The notes: generated by a model not told the origin, from the letters alone. A DNA stretch of 64,000 nt from an uncultured delta proteobacterium (GCA_963695875.1 CAVOID010000003.1:256001-320000), one strand, 5' to 3'; shown: positions 42,225-56,541, counted from the first letter of the stretch. Translations and numbers: made by a program.

Positions 42225-43989
42225 TTGAAGAGCCGCCTATTCTTCCGAATATTTGTGAGCTACGTTGTGATTGTGCTCCTTGCTGTCGCTGTCATGGGAT
42301 TGATGTTTGCCCGGCAGATCAAGGGTGAGTTGATAGAGGAGATTAAAAATGACCTGATGAGCCATGCACGGATAATAGCTTTCTTGTCAAAAAGTGAAAT
42401 TGAAAAGAAGTTATCTTCTCTGGCGGATATATCCCGCTCACGCGTCACCCTGGTTGGCGCTACGGGCTGGGTTCTTGCGGATTCAGAAAGAAATGTGGCG
42501 GAGATGGATAATCACCTGAACCGCTCGGAAATACAGGAAGCGAGGATCAAAGGACAGGGAGAAGCTATTCGTTACAGCCACACTCTTGGTGTGGATATGC
42601 TCTATATTGCTTTTCCTATCAAAGAGGGCACAGAACTAAAGGGTTATATTCGCTTGGCCCGTCCGCTTTTTGAGGTGAAAAAATCTCTTGATCAGCTATA
42701 TGGCCAGATTTATAAGATCATTCTTATCGTCATTATACCTTCTTTGCTTATCGCTTTATTAGTTTCAAAGAAATTCGTGTCTCCCATCCTGAAGGTGGAA
42801 TCATTTACCCGGAAAGTATGCAATAAAGAACTACCCGGGACCCTTTTGATCGAATCGAATGACGAGATCGGTCAGCTTGCAAAAAATATCAATTGCATGG
42901 TTCTCGAACATCAGGAACAGATACGATTTGCACATGAAGAGAAAGGTAAACTGGAATCCGCCTTTGCGAGCATGACGGAAGGTGTCCTTGTGCTCAACAG
43001 CCGGAATCGTATTGAATTTCTGAATAAAGGTTTAAAGGATATACTAGGCAAGCAATACGTTACTGACATTATTAATAAGACGCCACTTGAGGCATTTCTG
43101 AATGCTGAGCTGGAGGATGCCCTCGATCAATTCAGGGAAACGAAAACTCCGGTCTCCCGGGAAATTACCTTTGGTGATGAAAACCCGATCATTATGGATG
43201 TCACTATCTCAGCTATTCACGGGCCTTCCGGGGCAGAAGAAAAAACAATGATGGTCTTTCATGATGTTACAAGGCTCAAAAAACTGGAAAAGATACGTGA
43301 GGACTTCGTGGCCAATGTAACGCATGAAATCAAGACTCCTCTTACGGCAATTATCGGATTTATTGAGACCCTTCAAGGGGGAGCTATTGATGAGAAAGAA
43401 AATGCCGGGAAATTTCTTAAAATAATTTCGGAGAATGCCCATCGCCTCGACCGTCTTGTGGATGACCTTCTGACTCTTTCAAGCATAGAACTAGGAGAGA
43501 TGAAGTTACGCCTCAGAAGGGGTATCGCTTGGCGTAGTTGTTGAAAATGTCCTGCCTGTGTTCGAAGCAAAGGCCGCAGAGAAGTCCCTGACTATCGATA
43601 AACACATCCCCGAGGGGCTTCCGTTGATCCTGGCCGATAGAGACAGGGTGTCACAGATTCTCTTAAATATTCTCGATAATGCCGTAAAGTTCACACCGGA
43701 TGGCGGACAGGTTTCCATCACTGCGTCCGATGACGGCAAAGGTTCTGTGGTTGTGAAAGTCATTGATACCGGCATCGGTATCCCGAAAAGTGAAATTCCC
43801 AGGCTGGGAGAACGTTTCTACCGTGTGGACAAGACTCGCTCAAGGGAATGGGGTGGTACCGGTTTGGGACTGTCAATTGTGAAGCATCTGATGAAGGCAC
43901 ATCATGGGAATATTGAGATCGAAAGTCAAATGGGTAAAGGTGCCACAGTTTCTCTTTATTTCCCAATTTTTCGAGGAATTAAGGCCTAA
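42225..43989 (+). CDS. phoR: PhoR-like sensor histidine kinase (frameshift near 43515)
   Basis: MDNH..R.E periplasmic motif, HAMP, PAS, DFVANVTHEIKTPL, ERFYRVDK.RSR..GGTGLGL; TTG start after AGGAG. Confidence 0.85.
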
Positions 43990-44005
43990 AATTGTAAAAA
44001 AACGC

Positions 44006-44055
44006 AGGAAACGAGGTTATTTTTATAAAAAAAGCTTCGTTTCCTTTATTTTTTT
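44006..44055 (+). terminator. Probable terminator after phoR
   Basis: AGGAAACGA ... TCGTTTCCT stem followed by a T-rich tract. Confidence 0.55.
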
Positions 44056-44076
44056 AAAAAATTTGCTACGAATGCC

Positions 44077-44104
44077 TTGACATGAAGAAATTTGTGTTTA
44101 TGTT
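44077..44104 (+). promoter_or_regulatory. Putative sigma70-type promoter of groES-groEL
   Basis: TTGACA-16 nt-TATGTT. Confidence 0.45.
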
Positions 44105-44176
44105 ATGTCCAAACAAAGGCTTACGATTATTTTTTAAAATTCTAAAAATATAAATATAGAAAGGAGAAGTTGGAGC

Positions 44177-44470
44177 ATGAAGATCAGACCATTACAGGAT
44201 CGAGTGATTATTAAAAGATTAGAAGAAGAGCAGAAGACAAAAGGTGGTATTATTATTCCCGATACAGCCAAGGAAAAGCCTATAGAGGGTGAAGTTGTTG
44301 CCGTAGGCAAGGGAAAAACAACAGAAGATGGCAAATTGATAAAACCGGATGTCAAAGCCGGAGACAGGGTTCTCTTCAGCAAGTATGCGGGCACGGAAGT
44401 CAAGATAGACGGCGTCGAGCATCTTATTATGAGAGAAGACGATATTCTCGGAATCATTGAAAAGAAATAA
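44177..44470 (+). CDS. groES: Co-chaperonin GroES
   Basis: [27 protein letters not shown]. Confidence 0.98.
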   Translation: MKIRPLQDRVIIKRLEEEQKTKGGIIIPDTAKEKPIEGEVVAVGKGKTTEDGKLIKPDVKAGDRVLFSKYAGTEVKIDGVEHLIMREDDILGIIEKK

Positions 44471-44497
44471 CCTGATAATAAGGAGGATATTAGATAG

Positions 44498-46133
<1,636 letters not shown>

Positions 46134-46154
46134 AAGTTTATTAATCCTATCGGC

Positions 46155-46198
46155 AAGTAAAAAGCCTCCTGCTTTTTCGGCAGGGGGCTTTTTTACTT
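46155..46198 (+). terminator. Intrinsic terminator after groEL
   Basis: AAAAAGCCTCCTGC ... GCAGGGGGCTTTTTT. Confidence 0.8.
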
Positions 46199-46310
46199 CT
46201 GCTTGAAAGAGGGTCATTTCTATGATAGCTTCATCAACCGTTGATTATTCAGTGGTTACCTTAGAGATAGTATCGTCTTATCAGCAACGACCAATATTGA
46301 GGAGTGCCAA

Positions 46311-49092
46311 GTGGACTATAAAGACACGTTAAATCTGCCGAAAACGGATTTCCCCATGAAAGCGAACCTTTCCAGGAAGGAACCGCAATTGCTCAAAATG
46401 TGGGAGGATATGAATATTTACGAAAAGATCAGACAGACATTAAAAGGAAGGAAGACCTATATCCTTCATGACGGGCCTCCTTATGCAAACGGAAACATTC
46501 ACCTTGGTACGGCACTGAATAAGGTGATCAAGGATATGGTAATCAAATCGAAAAATATGTCCGGGTTCGACAGTATTTATGTACCCGGCTGGGACTGTCA
46601 TGGACTTCCCATTGAGCATCAGGTCGAGAAGGAACTGGGCAACAGAAAGCAAGAGATGTCCCATGCAGATATCAGGCGGTTCTGTCGGGCATTTGCAAAT
46701 AAATATGTAGGTATCCAGAAGGAGCAGTTCAAGCGTCTCGGGGTCTTTGGGGAATGGGACAATCCCTATCTTACCATGTCTTATGATTATGAGGCAGCGA
46801 CTGTAGAGGAGTTTGGGAAGCTCTACTTTAACGGCGATGTCTATAAAGGGAAAAAGCCGGTATACTGGTGCGCGTCCTGTAAAACAGCCCTGGCGGAGGC
46901 CGAGGTTGAATACAGCGACCATAGAACGCCTTCCATTTATGTAAAATTTCTAATGATCTCTGATATATCGGCAGTTCGTTCGAAACTGGCGGGGCAGATC
47001 GTAAGCATGGTTATATGGACAACGACTCCCTGGACGATACCGCCTAACCAGGCGATTGCCGTGCACAAGGATTTTATCTATGTCGCAGTAAAGGTGAATG
47101 GCGAGACATTGATCCTCGCGAAGGAACTCCTGGATTACTGCATGGACGCCTTTGGCTATAAAAGCTATAAAGTCCTGGACGAATTTCCCGGTTCCGTTCT
47201 GGAGGGTCTTAAGTGCAAGCATCCATTGTACGAACGTGAGAGTCTCATCATCCTTGCTCCTTTTGTCACGCTTGACGCGGGAACGGGCTGCGTGCATATC
47301 GCACCGGGTCATGGACAGGAAGATTATGAGATAGGAATGAAATACTGTCTGGACAATTACGCGCCTGTAGATGACGATGGGAGATACACCTCCGATGTTA
47401 AATACTTTGCCGGGCAGTTCGTCTTTGATGCTAATGATGCGGTCATCAAGAAATTGGATGAGGTCGGCGCTCTGCTTGGCCATATCGACATTGAGCACTC
47501 CTATCCTCACTGTTGGCGATGCAAGAATCCCATCATATTCCGGTCTACCGAGCAGTGGTTTATCTCGATGGAGAAAAATAACCTGAGACAAAAAACTCTT
47601 GATGCAATTGACAAAGTATATTGGTTGCCGGCATGGGGCCGAGACAGAATATCCGGAATGATTAAAGCTCGCCCCGACTGGTGCATCTCCAGGCAGAGGT
47701 TGTGGGGAGTGCCGATTACCATGTTTTCCTGCGACCATTGTAAAAGCGACCTCATGACAGAAAAGATTATGATGCATGTTTTAAAACTTGTTAAAGAGTT
47801 TGGAGCCGACGTATGGTTCGAGAGGGATGCAAAGGACCTCTTGCCGGCAGGAACCCTATGTCCTTCATGTCAGGGAGATAAATTTACAAAAGAAACGGAT
47901 ATACTCGATGTGTGGTTCGATTCCGGCGTAAGTCATGCCGCAGTTTTGGAGAGACGGCCTTATCTAAGTTCCCCGGCGGATATGTATCTTGAAGGCAGCG
48001 ATCAGCACAGGGGATGGTTTCATTCCTCCCTCCTGGAATCTGTGGGGACGAGGGGACGTGCTCCCTATAGGACTGTTCTAACTCACGGGTTCGTTGTTGA
48101 TGGCGAGGGGAAGAAGATGTCCAAATCCATGGGCAATGTCATTGACCCGGAACGAGATCATCGATAAGCATGGTGCTGAAATATTGAGACTCTGGGTTGC
48201 TGCCGAAGATTACACACAGGACATCAGAATTTCTGACGAGATACTTGCCCGCCTTGTGGAAGCCTACAGGCGTATTCGCAACACGAGCCGTTTCATTCTG
48301 GGGAATCTCTATGACTTTGAACTCAGCAGTATGGTTTCCTATCGTGATATGGAAGAAATTGACCGCTGGGCCCTTCATAAACTTCAGGAGATTATACAAC
48401 GGGTCAGAGAAGCCTATAACCAGTATCATTTTCATTTAGCATTATTTACGTTGCATAATTTTTGTACCGTCGACCTGAGTGCCCTTTACCTTGATGTCCT
48501 TAAGGACAGGCTGTATACATCCAGGGCGGAATCAAGGCAGCGGCGGTCGGCACAAAGTGCCATGTATATCATTCTTGATGCCATGACGCGCCTGCTCGCT
48601 CCCATACTATCGTTTACTGCGGAAGAGATATGGATATCCTTACCCTCTTATGATGGGAAAGAAACCTGTGTTCACCTGACTCAATTTCCTGAGTCGAATC
48701 CCGGGTATATGGATATGAATTTGGCTGAGGGCTGGAGCACTATGATCGCACTCAGAGGAGAGATCTCCAGGGCAATTGAAATAGCCAGGAAGAACAAAGT
48801 AGTCGGGCACTCTCTTGATGCCCGAGTGGATATTTCCCCGCCCGGAGATCTCCGGTCATTTTTGGAGACGCATCTCGGAGATTTAAAAACATTGTTAATC
48901 CTTTCCCAGATCAATATTGTGGAGGAGGGGGATATCAAAGACCCTTACATAAGTACAGAATTCGCAGGATTGACTATCGGGGTGACGAAGGCACGGGGTA
49001 AAAAATGTGACCGGTGCTGGGTGTACAGTGAGACGGTAGGCGCGAACCGGGAACATCCGGTCATTTGTGATAGATGCCTTTCGAACCTTTGA
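46311..49092 (+). CDS. ileS: Isoleucyl-tRNA synthetase (frameshift near 48152)
   Basis: HDGPPYANG.IHLG, WCISRQR, KMSKS, C-terminal CDRC...CDRC Zn motif. Confidence 0.96.
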
Positions 49093-49209
49093 TCACGATA
49101 AGCCCTCTCACTTGATTAGGAGAGGTTTGGGAGAGAGTGAAAATACTATTCATCACTCCCTCCCTCAAATCCCCCCACCTTGGTGGGGAAAGTTTTTGCG
49201 GAGGGTTAT

Positions 49210-49710
49210 TTGAAGAACAAGTATATCATTCTTTTTGCGACGGTGGCAGTGGTTACCCTGTTCGACTTTATCACCAAGGCCTACATCAGTTCTACCATGT
49301 CCCTTCATGAATCATTTGTTGTCATTGAGGGGTTTTTAAATATAACATATGTCAGAAATCCAGGAGCCGCCTTCAGTTTTCTTGCAGATGCACCGGCAAT
49401 GTTCCGGTCAATTTTTTTTATGTCAGTAACAGTTTTAGCTATCGTACTCGTTCTTTATTATATTGCTAAAAGTAAGATTGAAGAGCAGTTTATGATATTT
49501 TCCCTATCCCTGATCCTGTCCGGTGCTGTGGGTAATCTTATTGACAGGGTACGCTTTGGAGAGGTTGTTGATTTTATTGACGTATATATAAGTTCTTACC
49601 ACTGGCCTGCATTTAATGTCGCCGATTCAGCTATTACTGTTGGAGCCGTCGTCATGATCCTGCAATTGACCAGAGGAAAAAAGAAGCAAGGCGGTCCCAC
49701 ATCCGTGTAA
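49210..49710 (+). CDS. lspA: Lipoprotein signal peptidase
   Basis: NPGAAF, GNLIDR, VVDF, FNVADS; ileS-lspA synteny. Confidence 0.95.
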   Translation: MKNKYIILFATVAVVTLFDFITKAYISSTMSLHESFVVIEGFLNITYVRNPGAAFSFLADAPAMFRSIFFMSVTVLAIVLVLYYIAKSKIEEQFMIFSLSLILSGAVGNLIDRVRFGEVVDFIDVYISSYHWPAFNVADSAITVGAVVMILQLTRGKKKQGGPTSV

Positions 49711-49734
49711 TGCAGATTGGATAAGATTGTTTTA

Positions 49735-51106
49735 ATGAAGTTTATCTTCCATATAAAAAGGTTCTTATCGAGACTGCTCTCACCGCAGAGGCTTTTCATC
49801 TTCAGTTTCGCTTCAGTGATCCTCATTGGGGCTATTCTCCTGTGGCTGTCTTTTTCGTCCGGCAGTGGTCATATAACCTTTATTGACGCCCTTTTCACAT
49901 CTACCTCGGCGGTTTGCGTCACCGGTCTTACCGTTCTGGATATCGGCAAGGATCTTTCATTATCCGGACAGATTATTACGCTGTGCCTGTTTCAGATCGG
50001 CGGTCTGGGAATCATCACATTCTCTGTTGTTCTTTTCGGACTGATGGGCAGAGGCATTTCCTTTAAAGGAAGGGATATCGTCCAGTCAACATTTCTCCAT
50101 ACCCCGCGCAGGGATTTTATTGTAATCATGAAATGGGTTTTTGGGCTCACCTTTATTATTGAAGCCACGGGGAGCTTTTTCCTGTTTATCCGGTTTTACC
50201 AGGATTTTTCTCCGGGTCAGGCTTTATATTATGCTGTGTATCATGCTATTTCGGCCTTCAATAATTGCGGGTATTCACTCTTCTCGGAGTAACTTAATAC
50301 ATTATCAAAGTGATTTAGTTGTTAATCTCACCATCATGGGCCTGATCATCCTGGGAGGTATAGGCTTTATCGTACAGTATGAAGTCATCTCATGGTGGAG
50401 GGGTTTTCAGAAAAAACTATCTGTTCATTCAAATATCGTTCTTATAACGACGGCGTGCCTGATCCTGAGTGGCGCCGCATTTTTTTATATGTTTGAAGTG
50501 AATCATATTCTCAAAGATGCTTCCATAAAGACACAGATACTTACATCCTTTTTTCAATCTGTCACCCCCCGGACTGCGGGTTTTAGTACAGTGGATATCG
50601 GCCACCTGACAAATCCGACGATACTTGTCTTAATGATGCTGATGTTTATCGGTGCCTCTCCGGGTTCAACAGGGGGAGGGATCAAGACGACGAGTTTTGC
50701 CCTTCTTCTTTTGATGATCTGGAATCGACTGAGAGGACAAGAGCAGGTGAATGTCTTTAACAGGACCATACCGGGGGAGATTTTAACACGCACTATTGCC
50801 ATTATCTTCGCGTCTGCCTTTTCGGTTACTCTCATCACATCAATTCTCTTGCTGATCGGGGGCGTGGGCAATTTGCCTCCTGTAGAGAGTCGTCACTTTT
50901 TTGTGGAATATCTGTTCGAAACGGTATCCGCCTTTGGCACGGTGGGCCTGTCTATGGGCATAACACCGAACTTAAGTACCGGTCAGAAACTGGCGATTAT
51001 CCTCATTATGTTTGCGGGAAGGGTTGGACCGCTGACCCTTGCTTTTTCCTGGTATTCCCCTAAAGGGGGGTTAACATATGCAGAAGAGTCTGTTATGGTA
51101 GGTTGA
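49735..51106 (+). CDS. TrkH/KtrB family potassium uptake membrane subunit (frameshift near 50290)
   Basis: SAVCVTGL, SAFNNCG, PRTAGF, GSTGGGIK, SAFGTVGLS pore-loop motifs. Confidence 0.9.
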
Positions 51107-51118
51107 GGGGGTTTTATA

Positions 51119-51766
51119 ATGAAACGAGTGGTTGTGATCGGATTGGGCATTTTTGGATCTAATATCGTCAAAGAATTATATGAAAACGGATTTGAAGTCA
51201 TTGCCATTGATAAGGATAAAGAGGCTGTTCATCGTGTAAGAGATTTTGCTACCAAGGCAATTGTTGCCGATGGTAGAGATAATGAAGTCATGGATCAGAT
51301 TGGCATTCATGAGGATGATGTAGCCGTCATTTCCTTCGGTGAGGATCTTGCGGCCAGTACTCTTATCACCCTTCACCTGAAACAGATGAAGGTTAAGAAC
51401 ATTGTTGTTAAGGCCCCCAATGAAGAGCATAAGCTCATTCTGGAAAGGGTAGGTGCAACGGATGTCATTATCCCCGAGAAGGAAGTTGCCAGCAAAGTTG
51501 CTAAAAGTTTGATCTCTCCGAATGTCCTCGATTGCCTTCCCCTTTCCGAAGGTTATATGATATTTGAAATAGCGCCTCCTAATAGTTTTTTAGGGAAAAG
51601 CATCGGTGAACTTGAGTTAAGGAGCAAATATCATATCGAAGTTATCGCCGTTAAAGACGTTCTGACTGACCAGATTCATATGGTGCCGCCGGCGAATTTT
51701 ATACTCAAGGACGGTGAAATACTTGTTGTCATTGCGAAAGAAAAGGATATTCAGAAGATAAAGTGA
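51119..51766 (+). CDS. TrkA/KtrA family RCK regulatory subunit
   Basis: VIGLGIFG Rossmann motif, C-terminal RCK-C domain. Confidence 0.9.
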   Translation: MKRVVVIGLGIFGSNIVKELYENGFEVIAIDKDKEAVHRVRDFATKAIVADGRDNEVMDQIGIHEDDVAVISFGEDLAASTLITLHLKQMKVKNIVVKAPNEEHKLILERVGATDVIIPEKEVASKVAKSLISPNVLDCLPLSEGYMIFEIAPPNSFLGKSIGELELRSKYHIEVIAVKDVLTDQIHMVPPANFILKDGEILVVIAKEKDIQKIK

Positions 51767-51773
51767 GGTTTTT

Positions 51774-52061
51774 ATGAGTGTCATCGTTGATTTTTCTATT
51801 TTCCCGATCGGTAAAGAGGAGAGCGTAAGTAAATACGCATCAAGGGCAGTAAAAATTATCAAAGACAGCGGCCTGCCTCATCATATCAGGCCCATGGGAA
51901 CGTCCATCGAGGGAGAGTGGGATGAGGTAATGGCTGTTGTGAAGAGCTGCATGGAAGAGCTCTAAAGAAGGACTGTAACAGACTGTATATGACTATGAAG
52001 GTAGACTGCCGGCAAGGCGAGTCTCGGGCGCATGGGAAAAAAGGTAAAGAAGGTAGAGTAA
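51774..52061 (+). CDS. MTH1187/YkoF family thiamine-binding protein (frameshifts near the 3' end)
   Basis: FSIFPIG..SVSKY, PMGTSIEGEWDEV; continues KKDCNRLYMTMKVD in another frame. Confidence 0.75.
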
Positions 52062-52156
52062 GATTATTAGAGCTTCACAAAAGGTCTTCATCGTGGCTCA
52101 AATATTTTTCGCATTATGTGATGTCGTACAGTTCACAGGCTCCATTTCTAATTGTC

Positions 52157-53997
52157 TTAACTGACGATTAATGCTTCCTCGGGGCAAGTCATGACCGTGT
52201 CATCCTCATTCTTAATCACCTCTGTCGCAAGGAAAGCGTTGGGCAATATGTTGTTGATGTAATACCTGGCGCACGCGATCTTCCCTTTATAGAATGTTGT
52301 ATCGACTGCATCGGCGGATATGTCATCGAGCTTCTTCTTCGCAATCAGTGCTTGCTCAATCAGACACTCGGCAACCTGGACCTGGGAGCAGACGAACAGC
52401 GCTTTTATCGCATACAGGGGTATGAGTGACCTTTTTCCCCCCATATTGTCATACCAGGAATCATAAGTTGCTTTTACTACCTCCAGGCACTGGTAGCCCC
52501 TGGCCAAGTCACGCATCTCCTTCTCGAACCCGGGGGCATTCCGGTTAGCGTCGATGAATTCCTTTATGGTCGCCATCCAGTTCGCAAAAGAAGAGCCTTC
52601 CTTCATACGCATCTTCCTCCCAACCAGGTCGTTTCCGTGAATGAAAGAGGTCCCTTCCCAGATCGACAGGATTTTTGAATCCCTGAGATATTGTTCGACC
52701 GGATATTCCTGGGTATAGCCGACCCCTCCGAGGACCTGGATTGCCTGGGAAATAATTCCGAGGCAGGCCTCACTGCCGTAGCATTTTACCAGCGGGGTGA
52801 GTATTTCAGCCAACTCGCCGAATTTCTCCGGCCCTCGCCCTGTCGCTGGAGTTGGCCTGAATATCGAGATAATAGAATGCCTTGAATACCATGGCCCTGA
52901 TGCCTTCGACGTGCGCCTTCATATCAAGGAGCATCCTGCCTGACATCTTCATGCTTTATGATCGGAACGCGGTCGGCGTTCTTCATCCCGAACGGTCTTC
53001 CCTGGATGCGCTCCGTGGCGAACTGGGATGCGAAATAGTATGCCGCGGCCGCCTGGGTGTTGGCATTGTGACCGGTGGCGATCCGGGATTCATTCATCAT
53101 GTGAAACATCATGGCCAGGCCCTGGGAATGGCCTTTTTCGTCCGGCGGGGGGCCGAGGCGGATTCCGCAGCATTCGTCGTCATCGCCGAAATTGAGGAGC
53201 GCCGTAGCCTGGGCATGGAGTCCCATCTTGTGCTCCAGGCGTGCTGTCTTGACATCATTGGGTTTGCCAAGAGTCGCGTCCGTCGTTGACCCAGATTTTG
53301 GGAACGATATAAAGTCCGATGCCCGGCAGATCCAGGAGCACCGCCCTCCGGACGTGCCAGCACCATGTGAATAGTATTTGTACAATGACCGCCATCCCCT
53401 CCGGTGATGAACATTTTGGTACCTTTGATCTTGTATATGCGCGGATCATCGGTGAGATAAGCTCTCGTCGTAATATCACCCACATCTGATCCGAAGTTGG
53501 GTTCCGTCAGGCACATGGTTCCCTGCCATTCACCGTTGAGCATCTTTTGCAAGAACATGGATTCATCTTTTTCTGTGCCGAAGCGCAGAATCAGATTAGC
53601 TGCACCGCTTGTCAGTTTAATGTAGGATGTCAAAGCCGGACATGCGGCCTGGTTGATCTCAGAGACGGCCTTGTAAAGGATGAGGGGCATACCGGTTTCA
53701 ATCTTTATACATTCGCTGCTTGATCCCCATCCGTTTTGCTGAAGAAACTTGTATGCCTCCTTGAAGCCCGGTGAAGGTGTCACTATACCGTTCTCCAGCT
53801 TGGCTCCCGTTTTATCTCCGACGGCGTTTATGGGGTTTACGATCTCCCGCGCGACCTTGTAAACTTCATTCAAAACAATATCGATATCGTCGATGCCAAA
53901 ATTTTCCTTGAATCGGTCGCATGCGAATACCTCCTCAGACGGGCAGCCATTCCTTCAGAATAAATTTCAAATCTCTCAAGTCATACCTGAATTCCAT
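52157..53997 (-). CDS. Long-type (~600 aa) acyl-CoA dehydrogenase (several frameshifts)
   Basis: MEFRYDLRDLKF start, MCLTEP..GSD, GTKMFIT, EHKMG, GGVGYT.EYPVEQYLRD..I..IWEGT. Confidence 0.85.
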
Positions 53998-54083
53998 TAT
54001 TCTCTTCTCCTGTTCTGGCGCGAACCCGCCCGTCCAGAGACTTGAGATGCATAAAGTTGGAGCGATGTATTTATCCTGTGTTC

Positions 54084-55241
54084 CTATACTCTGTTCGGGA
54101 CATAACCGAGGGCGGCATTGGCCACGATCATGGTATGCATGTTGGATGTACCCTCGAGCGTTTCAAACTGCTTTGCATCCCGGAGGAAGCGTCCGCAGGG
54201 GTATTCCTCGGAGTAGCCGTACGAGCCATGAAGCTTCATGCATTCATTGGCCGCATGGACGACGATCTTTGCACCGTACAGCTTGGACATCGAGGTCTCC
54301 ATCACGTTCGGAAGGTTCTTGTCCTTCAGCCAGGCCGCCTTGTAAACCAGGGCCGCCAGCGATTCGTGCTCCATCTTCATTTCCGCGATCTGCTGCTGGA
54401 TCAACTGGTATCTGCCAATTTGTTTGCCGAACTGCATCCGTTCATTAGCATACTTGATGGAGGCTTCAAGGATGGCGCCGGACAGGCCCAGGGCACCGGC
54501 CGAGCAGCCCAGGCGGGTTGTATTCAACTGCGCCATGCAGATCTGGAATCCTTTGTTTACCTGTCCGAGAACGAGATTCTTCGGAACCTTGACATCCTCA
54601 AAGGTGATTTCCGCCGTATCGGAGGCCCACAATCCGACTTTCTCGTGAAGCTTCCTGCGGGCGATTCCGGGGAGGCTATAGTCCATTATGAGGCAGGTGA
54701 TCCCTCGGGCACCGGCGTCCTTGTCTGTTTTCAAATAAAGGAGTCCATGATTGGTTATAGTCCCGTTCGTTATAAAGATTTTAGTCCCATTGACGAGATA
54801 GTAATCCCCCTTATCTTCCGCTCGGCATCTCATACTTGCGACGTCAGAACCGATGTCCGGCTCTGTCATGGCAAAGCTGCCTATATATTCTCCTTTGACA
54901 AACTTCGGGATATAATATTGTTTTTGCTCCTCCGTTCCGAATTTCTGGATAGTCAACGCCGGGCCCCAGCACTGCATGTTGAAGGCCATCCGCCAGGAGG
55001 TATGGACCCTTGCGACCTGCTCAATTGCCAGACAGCCCTCAATGAAGCCCATGCCGTTGCCGCCGTATTCTTCTTCTATACAGAAGCCGAAGAAACCCAA
55101 GGCGGCCATTTTCTCGAATATCTCCCTGCGCCAGTACTGGTTCTTTTCATCCTCCTCCACGTATGGCTTGATTTCATTGTCGGCGAAATTCCTGGCTGTG
55201 TCCTGAATCATTCGCTGTTCTTGTGTCAGTGCAAAATCCAT
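54084..55241 (-). CDS. Acyl-CoA dehydrogenase, glutaryl-CoA dehydrogenase-like
   Basis: AMTEPDIGSD, R.QFGK.I, HGSYGYSEEYP, LEGT; WRMAFNM motif. Confidence 0.88.
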   Translation of the reverse strand: MDFALTQEQRMIQDTARNFADNEIKPYVEEDEKNQYWRREIFEKMAALGFFGFCIEEEYGGNGMGFIEGCLAIEQVARVHTSWRMAFNMQCWGPALTIQKFGTEEQKQYYIPKFVKGEYIGSFAMTEPDIGSDVASMRCRAEDKGDYYLVNGTKIFITNGTITNHGLLYLKTDKDAGARGITCLIMDYSLPGIARRKLHEKVGLWASDTAEITFEDVKVPKNLVLGQVNKGFQICMAQLNTTRLGCSAGALGLSGAILEASIKYANERMQFGKQIGRYQLIQQQIAEMKMEHESLAALVYKAAWLKDKNLPNVMETSMSKLYGAKIVVHAANECMKLHGSYGYSEEYPCGRFLRDAKQFETLEGTSNMHTMIVANAALGYVPNRV

Positions 55242-55274
55242 AGTTGCATCCTTTCTATATTCATTCTAAAGATG

Positions 55275-56541
55275 TCATGGCCTTTCCACGATCATGCAGA
55301 TACCCTGTCCGCCGCCGCCGCAGATAGTCTCGAGTCCGTAACGGGCATTGGACCTTTGCATTTCATGGAGCAGCGTTGTAAGTCTCATCGTGCCGGTTGC
55401 GCCGACCGGATGGCCGAGTGAGATACCCGATCCATTCACATTCACCTTTTCTTCTATGTCTTTCTCGCTGAGCCCGGAGAGCCTTGCGTCGGCCAATGCC
55501 TGGACTGCAAAGGCCTCCTGCACCTCTATGAGATCCATCTGATCGATATTCAAACCCGCCTTCCTGAGAGCCTTGGCAACGGAGACAGGTACCGCCGGGT
55601 ACGTCAATGTCGGATCCGTGGCGGCAATGCCGCACGACCGGAAGTATGCCATTGGTTTGATACCGAGTTCTGTTCGTCTTTCTTTCAGATGCGAGGACAA
55701 CGACGGAAGCGCCGTCGTTCTCGGAAGAGGAATTGCCGGCGGTGCATACCCCATCCGGATAAACTGGCCTTAGCCTGGCAAGCTTTTCCATGGTCGTTTC
55801 GCGCCGGGGTCCCTCGTCTGTATGGAAAAATATGATATCCCCGCTTTTCCCCTTTCCGACAGGAACGGCAACTATCTCATTCGCGAATTTCCCGGCATCC
55901 CATGCAGCAATAGCTTTTTGGTGGCTGTGATATGCCCACCTGTCTGCCTCTTCACGGGTGATATTTTCCTTCTTGGCCGCAATCTCCGCCCAGGACATCA
56001 TCGAGTTCAACTCACCGTAACGGTGAATGGGCTGAGACATCACCCTGCCGCGCTGAATCCTGTCGTACAGGGGAATGCCCCACATCGCGAGGGCCCCATG
56101 GCCACGGGGCATGTAGCCGTATTTTTCGTGGCTCTTTCCGCCGAGGCCCCACTTGATGTCACCCGGGATGTAGACTTCAGCCTGGCTCATGCTGTCCATG
56201 CCTCCCGCAACTATGATCTCGGCGTTTCCGGTCTGTATCTGCAGAGCGCCGTAGAATACGGATTCAACTCCTGAACAGCAGCGCCGGTCGATTACGACGC
56301 CCGGAACCGTATCCGGCCAGCCCGCATCAAGGATTGCCATCCGGGAGCCGTTGGCGCATTCCCCGTTCTGGTAGGACGTCCCCATGATGACATCATCAAC
56401 CGCAGCAGCTTCGATACCGGCCCTCTTGACAGCCTCATTCAAAACGAGGCTGCCGAGTCGGTAGACTGGAATATCTTTCATGGCTCCACCGTAAGCGCCT
56501 ATAGGTGTGCGGACACAGCTCAAAATGACTACATTTTCCAT
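55275..56541 (-). CDS. Thiolase (acetyl-CoA acyltransferase) (frameshift near 55680)
   Basis: RTPIG, RRCCSG, QEAFA, GHPVGATG, CGGGG. Confidence 0.92.

Noticed and set aside
54042..55421. 459-aa plus-strand ORF
   Set aside because: Antisense shadow of the acyl-CoA dehydrogenase and thiolase genes; no recognisable motifs.
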